This document shows positions 24,600-35,249 of a stretch of DNA of 64,000 bases, in pieces. The notes below the pieces were generated by a model, which was not told where the DNA came from, searched no databases, and saw nothing but the letters and a program-made list of their open reading frames with translations. Where the stretch lies: assembly GCF_000315625.1 (NCBI RefSeq), contig NW_005434543.1, positions 125,963-189,962 of the forward strand, given 5' to 3'. Each line of letters begins with the position of its first letter. Position 1 is the stretch's first letter. The position numbers and the translations under genes were made by a program. This stretch comes from Guillardia theta CCMP2712 (lineage: Eukaryota > Protista > Cryptophyta).

Positions 24600-27500
24600 A
24601 ACGTCTCCAACCTCAATACCGAGGCGATAAGAGTTTGACTCGCTCTGACCCCTACGTCGGTAGCTCAGCCAACCTCACCATCCACCTATGTCGCAGACCT
24701 TTTTCCCTCTGTTCGAGTCTTGGCCTACGCTGACAACGTTGTCATTCGAGGATGCCATTGCAGCTACCTCAGCTCCGCTCCATCTGGTATCTGGCGGACA
24801 TCATCGCTAAGCGCTCGTTGCCTCTTGAAGTTGCCTCAAGCGGCATCGAGCGCTGAGCAAAAGTGGAGGGTGTCAGGATGCAGGGTACCGTCCGTCGAGA
24901 TGGCAAGAGGGATGAACGCTCGAGGAGGAGTAGTCATGGCATATGCAGCGCGATGTTTGCGAATGTTCTCCAACACTGCTGCAACATGGAGGGCGTCGAG
25001 GTTGACCTCCCCCCACCTTGTCAGGTTGGCAGAGCTACCAATGTAAGGGTGGACCAACGTCACATCCGCCATCAAGCCCTCGTACTGCTCGGACCCTCGA
25101 TCGCGGATTCCAGGGATGTGGATATCGCCCTTCCGACTCCGATGGGGGAAACCCTTCGAGTGGCGCCGACGATCGGCGCGGAGCTGGGCGAAGCATCTCC
25201 GTCCCTCACTGTGACGTCGGGTGCCTCCGGAGAGCTCGACACCCCTGGGGTGCTTGCTGCTGGTCCGAGCTCGCCTGCTTCCTCCCCGGATCGGTCGGGT
25301 CACGCCGGTCCTTGGGCATTGCCGCGGCGTCGCCGCCGTCACGGGCGGTTATCGGAAGCTAACGAGGAGGACTACCTCGAGCGGTACCNNNNNNNNNNNN
25401 NNNNNNNNNNNNNNNNNNNNNNNNNNNNNNNNNNNNNNNNNNNNNNNNNNNNNNNNNNNNNNNNNNNNNNNNNNNNNNNNNNNNNNNNAGCAAACAAAGC
25501 AGGAACAAGCTGAACCGGCAGGAGGCACTTTTTACCTTCTGCCAGTAAATCCTATGTCAGGTTTAGCTTGTTCCTGCTTTGTTTTGCTTGAGGCACTTTT
25601 TACCTTCTGCCAGTAAATCCATTTTTGTTCTTTTTGCGGCCATGAGGATGGGATGGGAGGGTACCTGCCGTCGAGACTGAGGATGTCGATGACGCTCTGA
25701 AGACCAGCTTCGTTCAGCCTGCGACTTGAGCGAGTGTGTCCTGCGGCTGTGCAAGGTGAGGATATCACGCTGCTGATCGGTCAGCGCAGCGCGAGCATGC
25801 ACATAGCAGTCGAGCATCTGAGCATAGCGGTGCGGGAGCATAGGATTTACTGGTAGAAGGTAAAAAGTGCCTCAAGCAAAATAAAGCAGGAACAAGCTGA
25901 ACCGGCAGGTACACAGTCCACAGCGAGAAGCTGCACAAACACACACAAAACACAAGCCCGAAAAGAACCAGCACTGCTGGCACCCAGACGCGGCATCGCC
26001 AGCCCAAGCGAGAAGCCGCGCAGACAAGCAGCCTAAGGGTCAAGCAATCAAGCAACAAGCAGCAGGAGCACGCAGGAGGAATAACATCCCTTAGACGCGA
26101 TACCCGGAGGCAGCCGACTGACCACTGTCAGTCGAGACGTCCGCTGCCGCCACAAAGCGGGCGGCCGCGGACGGAGAAAGGGCAGCCGCCGACAAGGAGC
26201 CGGCGCTGCCCGGGGGTCCGCCTGGGGCAGCGGACGGAGGGAGGCTGGACACATGAACACGGTACCGCTCGAGGTAGTCCTCCTCGCTAGCCTCCGAGTC
26301 AGCGGTAGCCGAGTCAGTGGTAGCCGCCCGTGACGGCGGCGACGCCGCGGCAATGCCCAAGGACCGGCGTGACCCGACCGATGCCGGGGAGGAAGCAGGC
26401 GAGCTCGGACCAGCAGCAAGCACCCCAGTGGTGTCGAGCTCTCCGGAGGCACCCGACGTCACAGTGAGGGACGGAGACGCCTCGCCAGCTCCGAACTCGA
26501 AGGGTGTCCCCCATCGGAGTCGGAGACCTCCGGCGAAGACTCCTCGGGCGACTCGACAAAGTCCGAGGAGGAGCTGTCCTCTGGCTCGAGAAGTGCTTGC
26601 GCCCGCAAGGGCGTCATGCGCCTCGCACCAGACAAGAGCGCTTCCAGCGTCAGCTGCATGGTGAGGCGCTGATAGGTGGCGGCGCGTTTGCGAGCCAAGA
26701 CCTCAGCAGCAGGGCCGTCATCAGGCACGAAGTGCCGACCAAACGCCGCATCCTCAAGAACTGGTATAGGATTTACTGGCAGAAGCATTGAGCGCTGAGC
26801 AATGATGTCCGCGAGATACCAGATGAAGCGGAGGGATATAGGATTTACTGGCAGAAGATAAAAAGTGCCTCAAGAAAAACAAAGCAGGAACAAGCTGGAC
26901 CGGCAGGTACACAGTCCACAGCGAGAAGCTGCACAAACACACACAAAACACAAGCCCGAAAAGAACCAGCACTGCTGGCACCCAGACGCGGCATCGCCAG
27001 CCCAAGCGCGAAGCCGCGCAGACAAGCAGCCTAAGGGTCAAGCAATGGGTGTCAGGATGCAGGGTACCGTCCGTCGAGAAATGGTAAGAGGGACGCTCGA
27101 GGAGGAGTAGTCATGGCATATGCAGCGCGATGTTTGCGAATCTTCTCAGACGCTGCAACATGGAGGGCGTCGAGGTTGACCTCCCCCCACTTGGTCAGGT
27201 CGGCAGAGCTACCAATGTAAGGAATAGGATTTACTGGCAGAAGGTAAAAAGTGCCTCAAGCAAAATAAAGCAGGAACAAGCTGAACCGGCAGGCACACAG
27301 TCCACAGCGAGAAGCTGCACAATCACACACAAAACACAAGCCCGAAAAGAACCAGCACTGCTGGCACCCAGACGCGGCAGCGCCAGCCCAAGCGCGAAGC
27401 CGCGCAGACAAGCAGCCTAAGGGTCAAGCAATCAAGCAACAAGCAGCAGGAGCATGCAGGAGGAATAAAATCCCTTAGACGCGATACCCGGAGGCAGCCG

Positions 27501-30500
27501 ACTGACCACTGTCAGTCGAGACGTCCGCTGCCGCCACAAAGCGGGCGGCCGCGGACGGAGAAAGGGCAGCCGCCGACAAGGAGCCGGCGCTGCCCAGGGG
27601 TCCGCCTGGGGCAGCGGACGGAGGGAGGCTGGACACAGGAACACGGTACCGCTCGAGGTAGTCCTCCTCGCTAGCCTCCGAGTCAGCGGTAGCCGAGTCA
27701 GTGGTAGCCGCCCGTGACGGCGGCGACGCCGCGGCAATGCCCAAGGACCGGCGTGACCCGACCGATGCCGGGGAGGAAGCAGGCGAGCTCGGACCAGCAG
27801 CAAGCACCCCAGTGGTGTCGAGCTCTCCGGAGGCACCCGACGTCACAGTTCACAGTGAGGGACGGAGACGCCTCGCCAGCTCCGCGCCGATCGTCGGCGC
27901 CACTCGAAGGGTTTCCCCCATCGGAGTCGGAGACCTCCGGCAAAGACTCCTCGGGCGACTCGACAAAGTCCGAGGAGGAGCTGTCCTCTGGCTCGAGAAG
28001 TGCTTGCGCCCGCAAGGGCGTCATGCGCCTCGCACCAGACAAGAGCGCTTCCAGCGTCAGCTGCATGGTGAGGCGCTGATAGGTGGCGGCGCGTTTGCGA
28101 GCCAAGATTCTCAGCAGCAGGTCCGTCATCATGGCAGGCACGAAGTGCCGACCAAACGCCGCATCCTCAAGAGGCATTGAGCGCTGAGCAATGATGTCCG
28201 CGAGATACCAGATGAAGCGGAGGGTGTCAGGATGCAGAGTACCGTCCGTCGAGATGGCAAGAGGGATGAACGCTCGAGGAGGAGTAGTCATGGCATATGC
28301 AGCGCGATGTTTGCGAATCTTCTCAGACGCTGCAACATGGAGGGCGTCGAGGTTGACCTCCCCCCACTTGGTCAGGTCGGCAGAGCTACCAATGTAAGGG
28401 TGGACCAACGTCACGTCCGCCATCAAGCCCTCGTACTGCTCGGACCCTCGATCGCGGATTCCAGGGATGTGGATATCGCCCTTCATCTTGCGGCCATGAG
28501 GATGGGAGGGTACCTGCCGTCGAGAACGAGGATCCCCGACTGTATCGATGACGCTCTGAAGACCAGCTTCGTTCAGCATCGACCGAATCGTACGAGTAAG
28601 GTTGTCATGCGCCGTGGGAAGCTTGGAGGATCGGCGTTTGCAGGTCTGGAGATGATGTGCAGCAACGGAGGGATCGAGCTCGCGCTGACATCCATCACAT
28701 TCCGTCGGACACTGGCAGATCGGCATGCCATGGAGATAGCAGTCGAGCATCTGAGCATAGCGGTGCGGGAAGGCCTTGAGGGGGTAGTAGCTCGAGACTC
28801 GCATCGGAGAGTGGCTCAGGTCACGCTCAGGAAAATGAGCGAAGATGGTAGACTGCAAGACCCTATCCTGCGACTTGAGCGAGTGTGTCCTGCGGCTGTG
28901 CAAGGTGAGGATATCACGCTGCTGATCGGTCAGCGCAGCGCGAGCATGCACATGGCGAGGGAAGACGCGCATGACAAGAGGGGTCACATTTCGCTGCGCA
29001 GGGGGAGGAATGAAGTGCTCATGAGACGAGTCGACGAGAGCGCGCAAACCAGGGATGTGTACCACAGATGCCGGGGGGCGTCCTGCGTCATCAGGCACAG
29101 CAGCCGGGGCAGGTGGGATCGCCGCGCCATCTGCAGCCGGTGCAGGAGCCTTGACACGACGGTAGAGGATCGCTCCAGCATTATGAACGAAGTCGTGCGC
29201 CTCAACGAAGAAGGTCGCCAGAGGATGCTTCTGGGCACGGAGAGATCTCGAGCAGTGAACGTCCAGGCTATGAGGAGAGGGCAAGGTCCGGGACATGGGC
29301 TGGTCAGAGTACCAAGCGAGGAAGCGAGCGATAGCCGTATAGTAAACAGCGGGGTGTAGACCCTCAGAGGGCGTGAACTCATCCCCTCCCCGACTATGCG
29401 GAAGCTCCCGCTTGAACCTCGCAAACTCTAGCAGGTCGGGATGCGCGGCGAGGTACTGCGAGGAAGGCCAGCGGTGGTATTTCTCAAGCGCCAGGTGGAC
29501 AGAGAGGTTAAAGCGACGAATCTGTGATTGGACCCGCGGGAGAAACGGAGATGACCCCTGGAGGAAGAAGCGCAGCTTCTGGAGATGGCTCGCCCTCACC
29601 AGCGTCTTGAACATGAAGCCGCATGCTGGACGAGCCCGAGCTTTGAGAGCTCTTCGTTGAGGGTAGAAACCTTCGCTCGGAGCTGACTAGCATGAAATCC
29701 ATCCGTGCCGATAGGCAGGCCGCCAAGTGTAATCCCGCCAGTGACGACCTCGAAGTGAAGAAGTTGAGTCTTGAGACGGCGCTTAAGGCTCTTCTTCAGC
29801 TGCGAGAGATCAGGGTGTTGATGCCAGGAGGGGGCATAGGATTTAGGGGATGTAAACTTTCGACTCGCGAGGTTGAATCTCTAGCTTCAGATCAGCCACC
29901 ACTGGCATGTACTTCTTCATAGCGGACGTAGCTGCAACGGCATCCTCGAGTGGACCGACAAGCACGACGTTGTCAGCATAGGCCAAGACTCGAACAGAGG
30001 GAAAAAGCTCTGCGATATGGAGGAGCAGGGGGTGGATACTGTGGCAGAAAAACACGCTGGAGGGGACATCGCCCTGACAGACGCCCGAGGTACACTGAAC
30101 GGAGGCTGACTGACTTTTGTGAAAGAGTCGAAGGTCAGCAGAGTCTCCATAGTAGCTGGAGAGGTAGGAGGCGAACAAACGGAGATGCTCGCAAGAGGGC
30201 AAGCTTGCGCCTTCAGTGATGCTCCCATCAAAGTAGTCGCGACTCGCACGTCCCTCGATTGCATCGAAGAGAGCCTGGCGGTCGCCTGAGGGAGTTGAAG
30301 GCGTTCTTTGCATCCAAACTCACCAGCACTGTGGGGTTGGCAACCGTGAACATCCTCATCATCACCGCGAGCGTGAAGGGGCAGGAGCGCTGACGCGGTT
30401 TGCGAGAACTTCAGACAGCCGTCTCGATCGAGCCCGAACTGAATCGCTCGAGGGTGAGACGAGAGGAAGTGCTGGTCAAGAAATGAGCGAATCGCTGCCA

Positions 30501-31680
30501 AAGCAAGCTTCGTCGCGAGTCGACGGTGTGCAGAACCGATGCCAGACAATTGGCCGGAGACCAGGTTTATCAGCTCCCTTGGAGAGGGGAATAAATCTGC
30601 CTCCTCGACGAATGGCTGACAGGGCCGCGGAATAAGAAGATCCGGCATCCGGCCAAGAAGGACCCCTTGGAGGATATGTTGGCAGTAGAGCTTCAAAGCT
30701 CAGTGCAGGATGACTAGAAAGGGGTGACAGGTGTTGCCGAATCCTCCACCCTTGGTCATCGGTCCCCGCAAAGGAGCTGTAGCGCTTGATCGCCTGGATC
30801 AGGCTAGTGGTGTCGAGGATGTCAGTCAAATCCACCTGCAGTACTGCAAGCGCTTGCTGGGTGAGATGAGCCGCGGAAGCACTTCCAAAGGCAGGCGACG
30901 CACCATCAGGGAACTTCTCTTGTGCTTCAGCAAGAAGATCAGCGAATACCCCCTCAAGGCCTTCCCGCACCGCTATGCTCAGATGCTCGACTGCTATCTC
31001 CACACACAAAACACAAGGCCGAGAAGAACCAGCACTGCTGGCACCCAGACGCGGCAGCGCCAGCCCAAGCGCGAAGCCGCGCAGACAAGCAGGCGCGGGA
31101 GACGCGCATGACAAGAGGAGTCAGAGCAGTACAATGGAGCCAGAGCATACGCTTGCATAGGATTTACTGGCAGAAGGTAAAAAGTGCCTCAAGCAAAATA
31201 AAGCAGGAAAAAAAAAAAAAAAAGGATCAAGCTAAACCTCCAGGCACACAGCGCACAGCGAGAAGCTGCACAATCACACACAAAACACAAGCCCGAAAAG
31301 AACCAGCACTGCTGGCACCCAGACGCGGCAGCGCCAGCCCAAGCGCGAAGCCGCGCAGACAAGCAGCCTAAGGGTCAAGCAATCAAGCAACAAGCAGCAG
31401 GAGCATGCAGGAGGAATAAAATCCCTTAGACGCGATACCCGGAGGCAGCCGACTGACCACTGTCAGTCGAGACGTCCGCTGCCGCCACAAAGCGGGTGGC
31501 CGCGGACGGAGAAAGGGCAGCCGCCGACAAGGAGCCGGCGTTTCAATGCTTCCACCGCCGGTCGCCGTCCAAGGGGCTGCTGGCGTGGTGACTCAGGCGG
31601 CGGCGCTGGTAGGTGGCCGGCCGCGTTTCGGCGAGCCAAGATCCGAGTCAGCAGCACCCAGGTACGGTCAGGAACCGTCG
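24600..31680 (-). mobile_element. Nested cluster of a CRE-like non-LTR retrotransposon (RT plus C-terminal restriction-like endonuclease): one long copy and several truncated, deleted or inverted pieces
   Basis: Near-identical 3' regions begin at 25840, 26838, 27224 and 31157 (ATAGGATTTACTGG on +); RT and RLE motifs lie on the minus strand. Confidence 0.9.
27224..30945 (-). pseudogene. Longest retrotransposon copy: frameshifted RT - CCHC zinc knuckle - RLE ORF plus 3' UTR
   Basis: FIPLSK..GLRPI-GIGSAHRRL, IQFG..DGC, SLDAKNAFNS, GVCQGDVPSSVFF, AYADNV, C..C...HLQTC...AHD, KGDIHI..ADVTLVHP..EKIRKH and FIPLAISTDG, split over several frames. Confidence 0.88.
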
Positions 31681-31760
31681 GAGCGGCGGCCCTGCGAGGG
31701 GCAACGAGCGCGAAAGTAACTAGCACTGCAGTGCTAGTGCTATCAGTGCTCAGAAGCGCG

Positions 31761-32358
31761 AAAAAAAACCAGCAGCCTTGCGGCCGCAGTGATCATGCGG
31801 CAGGTCAACTTCGGCCGCCCGGCGGTAAATGCGGCGGGAAGTAGTGCTCAGTACGGTCCCCGGTACGCCGCGCCGCGGCCCGGGGTTGGCACTGGGATGA
31901 TCGGACAAGGAGCTGAGCCTCGGCTGAGGCAGGTCACCCGCCGCGCCAGTCACTGGCACCCAGTAACACCCTTGACGATTGAATCCTGGAAGCCCGGGCC
32001 CGGCCCTTCGAGGACCGCGTGGGCCCCGGCCCGGGCGGCGCGGCCGCCGGCGCCGGGAATGCCGGGTTCACTGAGTCAAATGCGGCGGCCGGATGGGCCA
32101 TGGGCCCCCGTACGGTGACCGGCGAGCGGCAGCCGCTGAGGCCATGGCGGTCAACCGGCGTTAACTAAAAGTTGTAATGATGATGTTCGAAGTTCTGTAA
32201 AACTGATAGACTACGAGATGTACTCTGTGAATACCCCACCCTACCTGCTTCCACTCTCACTACCCCCATTATCCCATCAAAAAGTGGGGTAGCTCATTCC
32301 AAGGGAAAAAAAAAACCAGCAGCCTTGCGGCCGCAGTGATGCAGGTCAACTTCGGCCG
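31761..32358 (+). repeat. Pair of about 55-bp direct repeats (31761-31818 and 32306-32358)
   Basis: An-CCAGCAGCCTTGCGGCCGCAGTGAT[CATGCG]GCAGGTCAACTTCGGCCGC appears twice. Confidence 0.9.
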
Positions 32359-32994
32359 CAATATCATTGAAACCACCCCCACCCCATGAATGCCGTCTGT
32401 AACCACCCCTCCCTGTCTACACCCCTCGTTTTGATATCGACTGTGGTACTGTTTCACCCACCCACAAGCGCGACTCCTCATATTGTACGTAATCACCCCA
32501 CCCTCCATACGTACCCCATGGCTTTGTGGACCCTCCTTTTGAATATAGTAAGTACCCCTATTGATACGTATTTGAACTACCCCACCATGCTTCTGGTTTC
32601 CTTGCAGGGATCGTAGGGGACCTAAAAGGCTACGAGATCGCATCGTTTGTACCCCCACCCCCCCGTCAAAAATACAGAAATGGGGTGGAGGTAATTTGAT
32701 CTTCCAAGGTAGGTGTAGATGACCCCGTCGGGGGTTGAGCTTCATGGATGGGGTGGGTGGTATGAAAGGTGGTTTGCTCCCCCAGATATAGACCTGAAAG
32801 GAGGGGGTAGTATTCAGTAAAATTGGGGGTGGGGTTTAGCATGAAGGGGGTGAGTGGTTCAAGGGATGTAATGCAGGTAGGGGTAGGGTACTAAAGGTGG
32901 TAAACAGGGGTGGGTCTACGACTACTCGCGGGAGTCGTTTATATTCGATTTTTTGAGCGTGAAGTGAACCTGGACGAGAATGCTAGCGAGAGAG

Positions 32995-33116
32995 CAGGAG
33001 AGGAGAGGAGAGGAGAGGAGAGGAGAGGAGAGGAGAGGAGAGGAGACGAGACGAGACGAGACGAGACGAGACGAGACGAGACGAGACGAGACGAGACGAT
33101 ACGATACGAGACGAGA
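32995..33116. repeat. Compound (GAGAG)n/(GACGA)n microsatellite
   Basis: Visible run. Confidence 0.95.
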
Positions 33117-33502
33117 TAGATTGGAGATGGATAAAAGAAGGATAGAAGGTGGAGCTAAGGAGCAGAGAAGGGAGGAAAGAAGGGGAGGAGGGGAGGGATA
33201 TAAGTGATTTTTGACGATAAACCAGAGAGTAGACGAGTCGAGGTGAGGGGAGGTGAAGAACACAACATGTGAAGGAGTGGAGAGGAGTGGAGAGGAGTGG
33301 AGAGGAGTGGAGAGGAGAAGATGATAAGAACAAAAACAGAGGCGAGATTAGGAAGAGGGATGGTGGACAATGATCGGAGTGCATGTGGAAGGAAAGAAAT
33401 TAGTGCCCAGCAAGCTCTAGCAAGGGATGAGCTTTTTCAGTCGATGACTCCACACGCTCACTGACTGGCGGATTGTCAGGAGGTTGAAACCGCGTGAATG
33501 CG

Positions 33503-35113
33503 ATGACAGCAGAATTGAAGGCGAAGAATAGGACGGGCGAGCACTTGGACTGGGAAGACTCGAACATCTTGCAAGGCATCTCCCGGATCTCCTCTTCCTT
33601 GGAGCAGTGCAACAATGGTGAGAGCGTGACTGCTCTTCTCGATGCCTTCCTCTCCACCTGCCCCTTCTTCTCTCGCAGCGAGTTTCAGGACATGGAGAAG
33701 GAGAAAGGAGAGCCATGGCACCGCCTACACTGCATCTACTCCTTCGTTCACACCTCGGGCTGCACGCGACAGTTCTGCAGGCTGCTGGAGGAGTGCCGGG
33801 AGGACATGGGGGCGATGGGGCGATGCAGCTTCATCCTATGGCACCTGTCGCGCAACGCTGACAACAGGCAGGAGATGCTGAGCTTGGGGACTCACCGTGC
33901 CCTGGTGCAGCTGATGGAGGAGAGCTCGCAGCACCTCAACGTCGTCGTGCACTCCCTCGGGCTGCTGTGGAACCTCTCGGCCGAGCCCGACTACCGCAAC
34001 GACATCATCGCCTCCCGCGCCGCCGACATGCTCCTCGACTTCATGCATACCCACGAGGAGGTGGCGCCTGTGCAGGAGAACGCCATAGGAGCGCTGATCA
34101 ACCTGAGCTTGAACATCGACTTCGAGCGCTGCAAGGGATACGTGAGCCCGCTGCTGTCTGTCATGTCTCGCCACACCAGCTCCCCCCTCATCCAAGAGAA
34201 CTCCTGCTGGTTCCTTTGCAACATGAACGACGACTCCATCCGCAGCTACATCGTCGAGCATGGCGGAGTTCAGTGTGTCCTCCGCTGCCTGCAAGTGCAC
34301 GAGGAGGACGCGAGGGTGCAGGAGAAGGGCTTGTGGGCTCTGTGCAGCTTCGCATGCGACGGGGCCAGCAGTTGTCTGATCGTAGCCAGCGGAGGAGTGG
34401 AAGTGATCGTAAGGGCCATGACAAGGTTCGCCCACAACGAGACTATTGTCTGCTACGCCTGCTGGACCCTCAAGAACGTCGCAGCCGTCAGCAAGGACGT
34501 CTGCGTGGACATCGCGCGCGAGGGTGTGGTGCCAGTGGTGCTGGAGCTGCTGAGAGGGCAAGGAGGAAAGAAGCGAGGAGGCTGGAGCGATGAGACGCTG
34601 GAGCAGTTCTTCAGTCTCATTCGCAACCTTGCTTTCCACGATGACGTGCGAGCAGAAATCGTCAAGAGGAAAGGAATCGCTCGCATCCTCAAGTCTCTTC
34701 CTCGAGTTCAAGCAGCTGCGACGAAGGCCTCCTCCCTCGCTGCCTTGTGCAACCTGGTGAAGCAGGAGGACGAGAGCATCGTTGAGCTTGTGCGGAGGAA
34801 GGGAGTCGAAGCCGTGCTGCTCCTAATGACTTCTGACTGCTGCCTGGACATCCACAAGTTCGGCTGCATCCTCCTCTACAGCCTCTCGCGAGAGAGAGAG
34901 AGCTGTAAACTTCGCGTCATCCGGGCAGGAGGGGTGGAGGTGCTGAAGGAGGCGATCAAGCAGCACGGGCACGAGCAGACGGTCAGAGACTGTGCGGTGC
35001 AGACGCTGAGGAATTTATGCTACAACGACAAGATGGAGATGCGCATCCAGCAGGAGACCAACATCCTTCTCGCCCGCGCCTCCCACCCCCTCCAGGTCTG
35101 CCTTCTCCCCTGA
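33503..35113 (+). CDS. Armadillo-repeat protein, essentially one long exon
   Basis: Repeated ARM units: LGLLWNLS, VQENAIGALINLS, IVEHGGVQCVL, VQEKGLWAL, SGGVEVIVRAM, CWTLKNVA and AGGVEVL. Confidence 0.85.
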   Translation: MTAELKAKNRTGEHLDWEDSNILQGISRISSSLEQCNNGESVTALLDAFLSTCPFFSRSEFQDMEKEKGEPWHRLHCIYSFVHTSGCTRQFCRLLEECREDMGAMGRCSFILWHLSRNADNRQEMLSLGTHRALVQLMEESSQHLNVVVHSLGLLWNLSAEPDYRNDIIASRAADMLLDFMHTHEEVAPVQENAIGALINLSLNIDFERCKGYVSPLLSVMSRHTSSPLIQENSCWFLCNMNDDSIRSYIVEHGGVQCVLRCLQVHEEDARVQEKGLWALCSFACDGASSCLIVASGGVEVIVRAMTRFAHNETIVCYACWTLKNVAAVSKDVCVDIAREGVVPVVLELLRGQGGKKRGGWSDETLEQFFSLIRNLAFHDDVRAEIVKRKGIARILKSLPRVQAAATKASSLAALCNLVKQEDESIVELVRRKGVEAVLLLMTSDCCLDIHKFGCILLYSLSRERESCKLRVIRAGGVEVLKEAIKQHGHEQTVRDCAVQTLRNLCYNDKMEMRIQQETNILLARASHPLQVCLLP

Positions 35114-35249
35114 GAGCCTCGTGCCTGCCATCTGGACCGGGGGAAGGGAGAAAGGAGGTAGAAGGAAGGAAATGAAAGAAAGGAGGAGGAGGAGGAGGAG
35201 GAGGAGGAGGAGGAGGAGGAGGAGGAGGAGGAGGTCATGAGGCTGAGGC

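Noticed and set aside
28232-29359. 375-aa + strand ORF
   Set aside because: Antisense shadow of the retrotransposon ORF.
25840-31540. Repeated ATAGGATTTACTGG units as a CRISPR array or LTRs
   Set aside because: Spacing is irregular and the intervening DNA is retrotransposon sequence. There are no cas genes, no integrase and no TG..CA termini.
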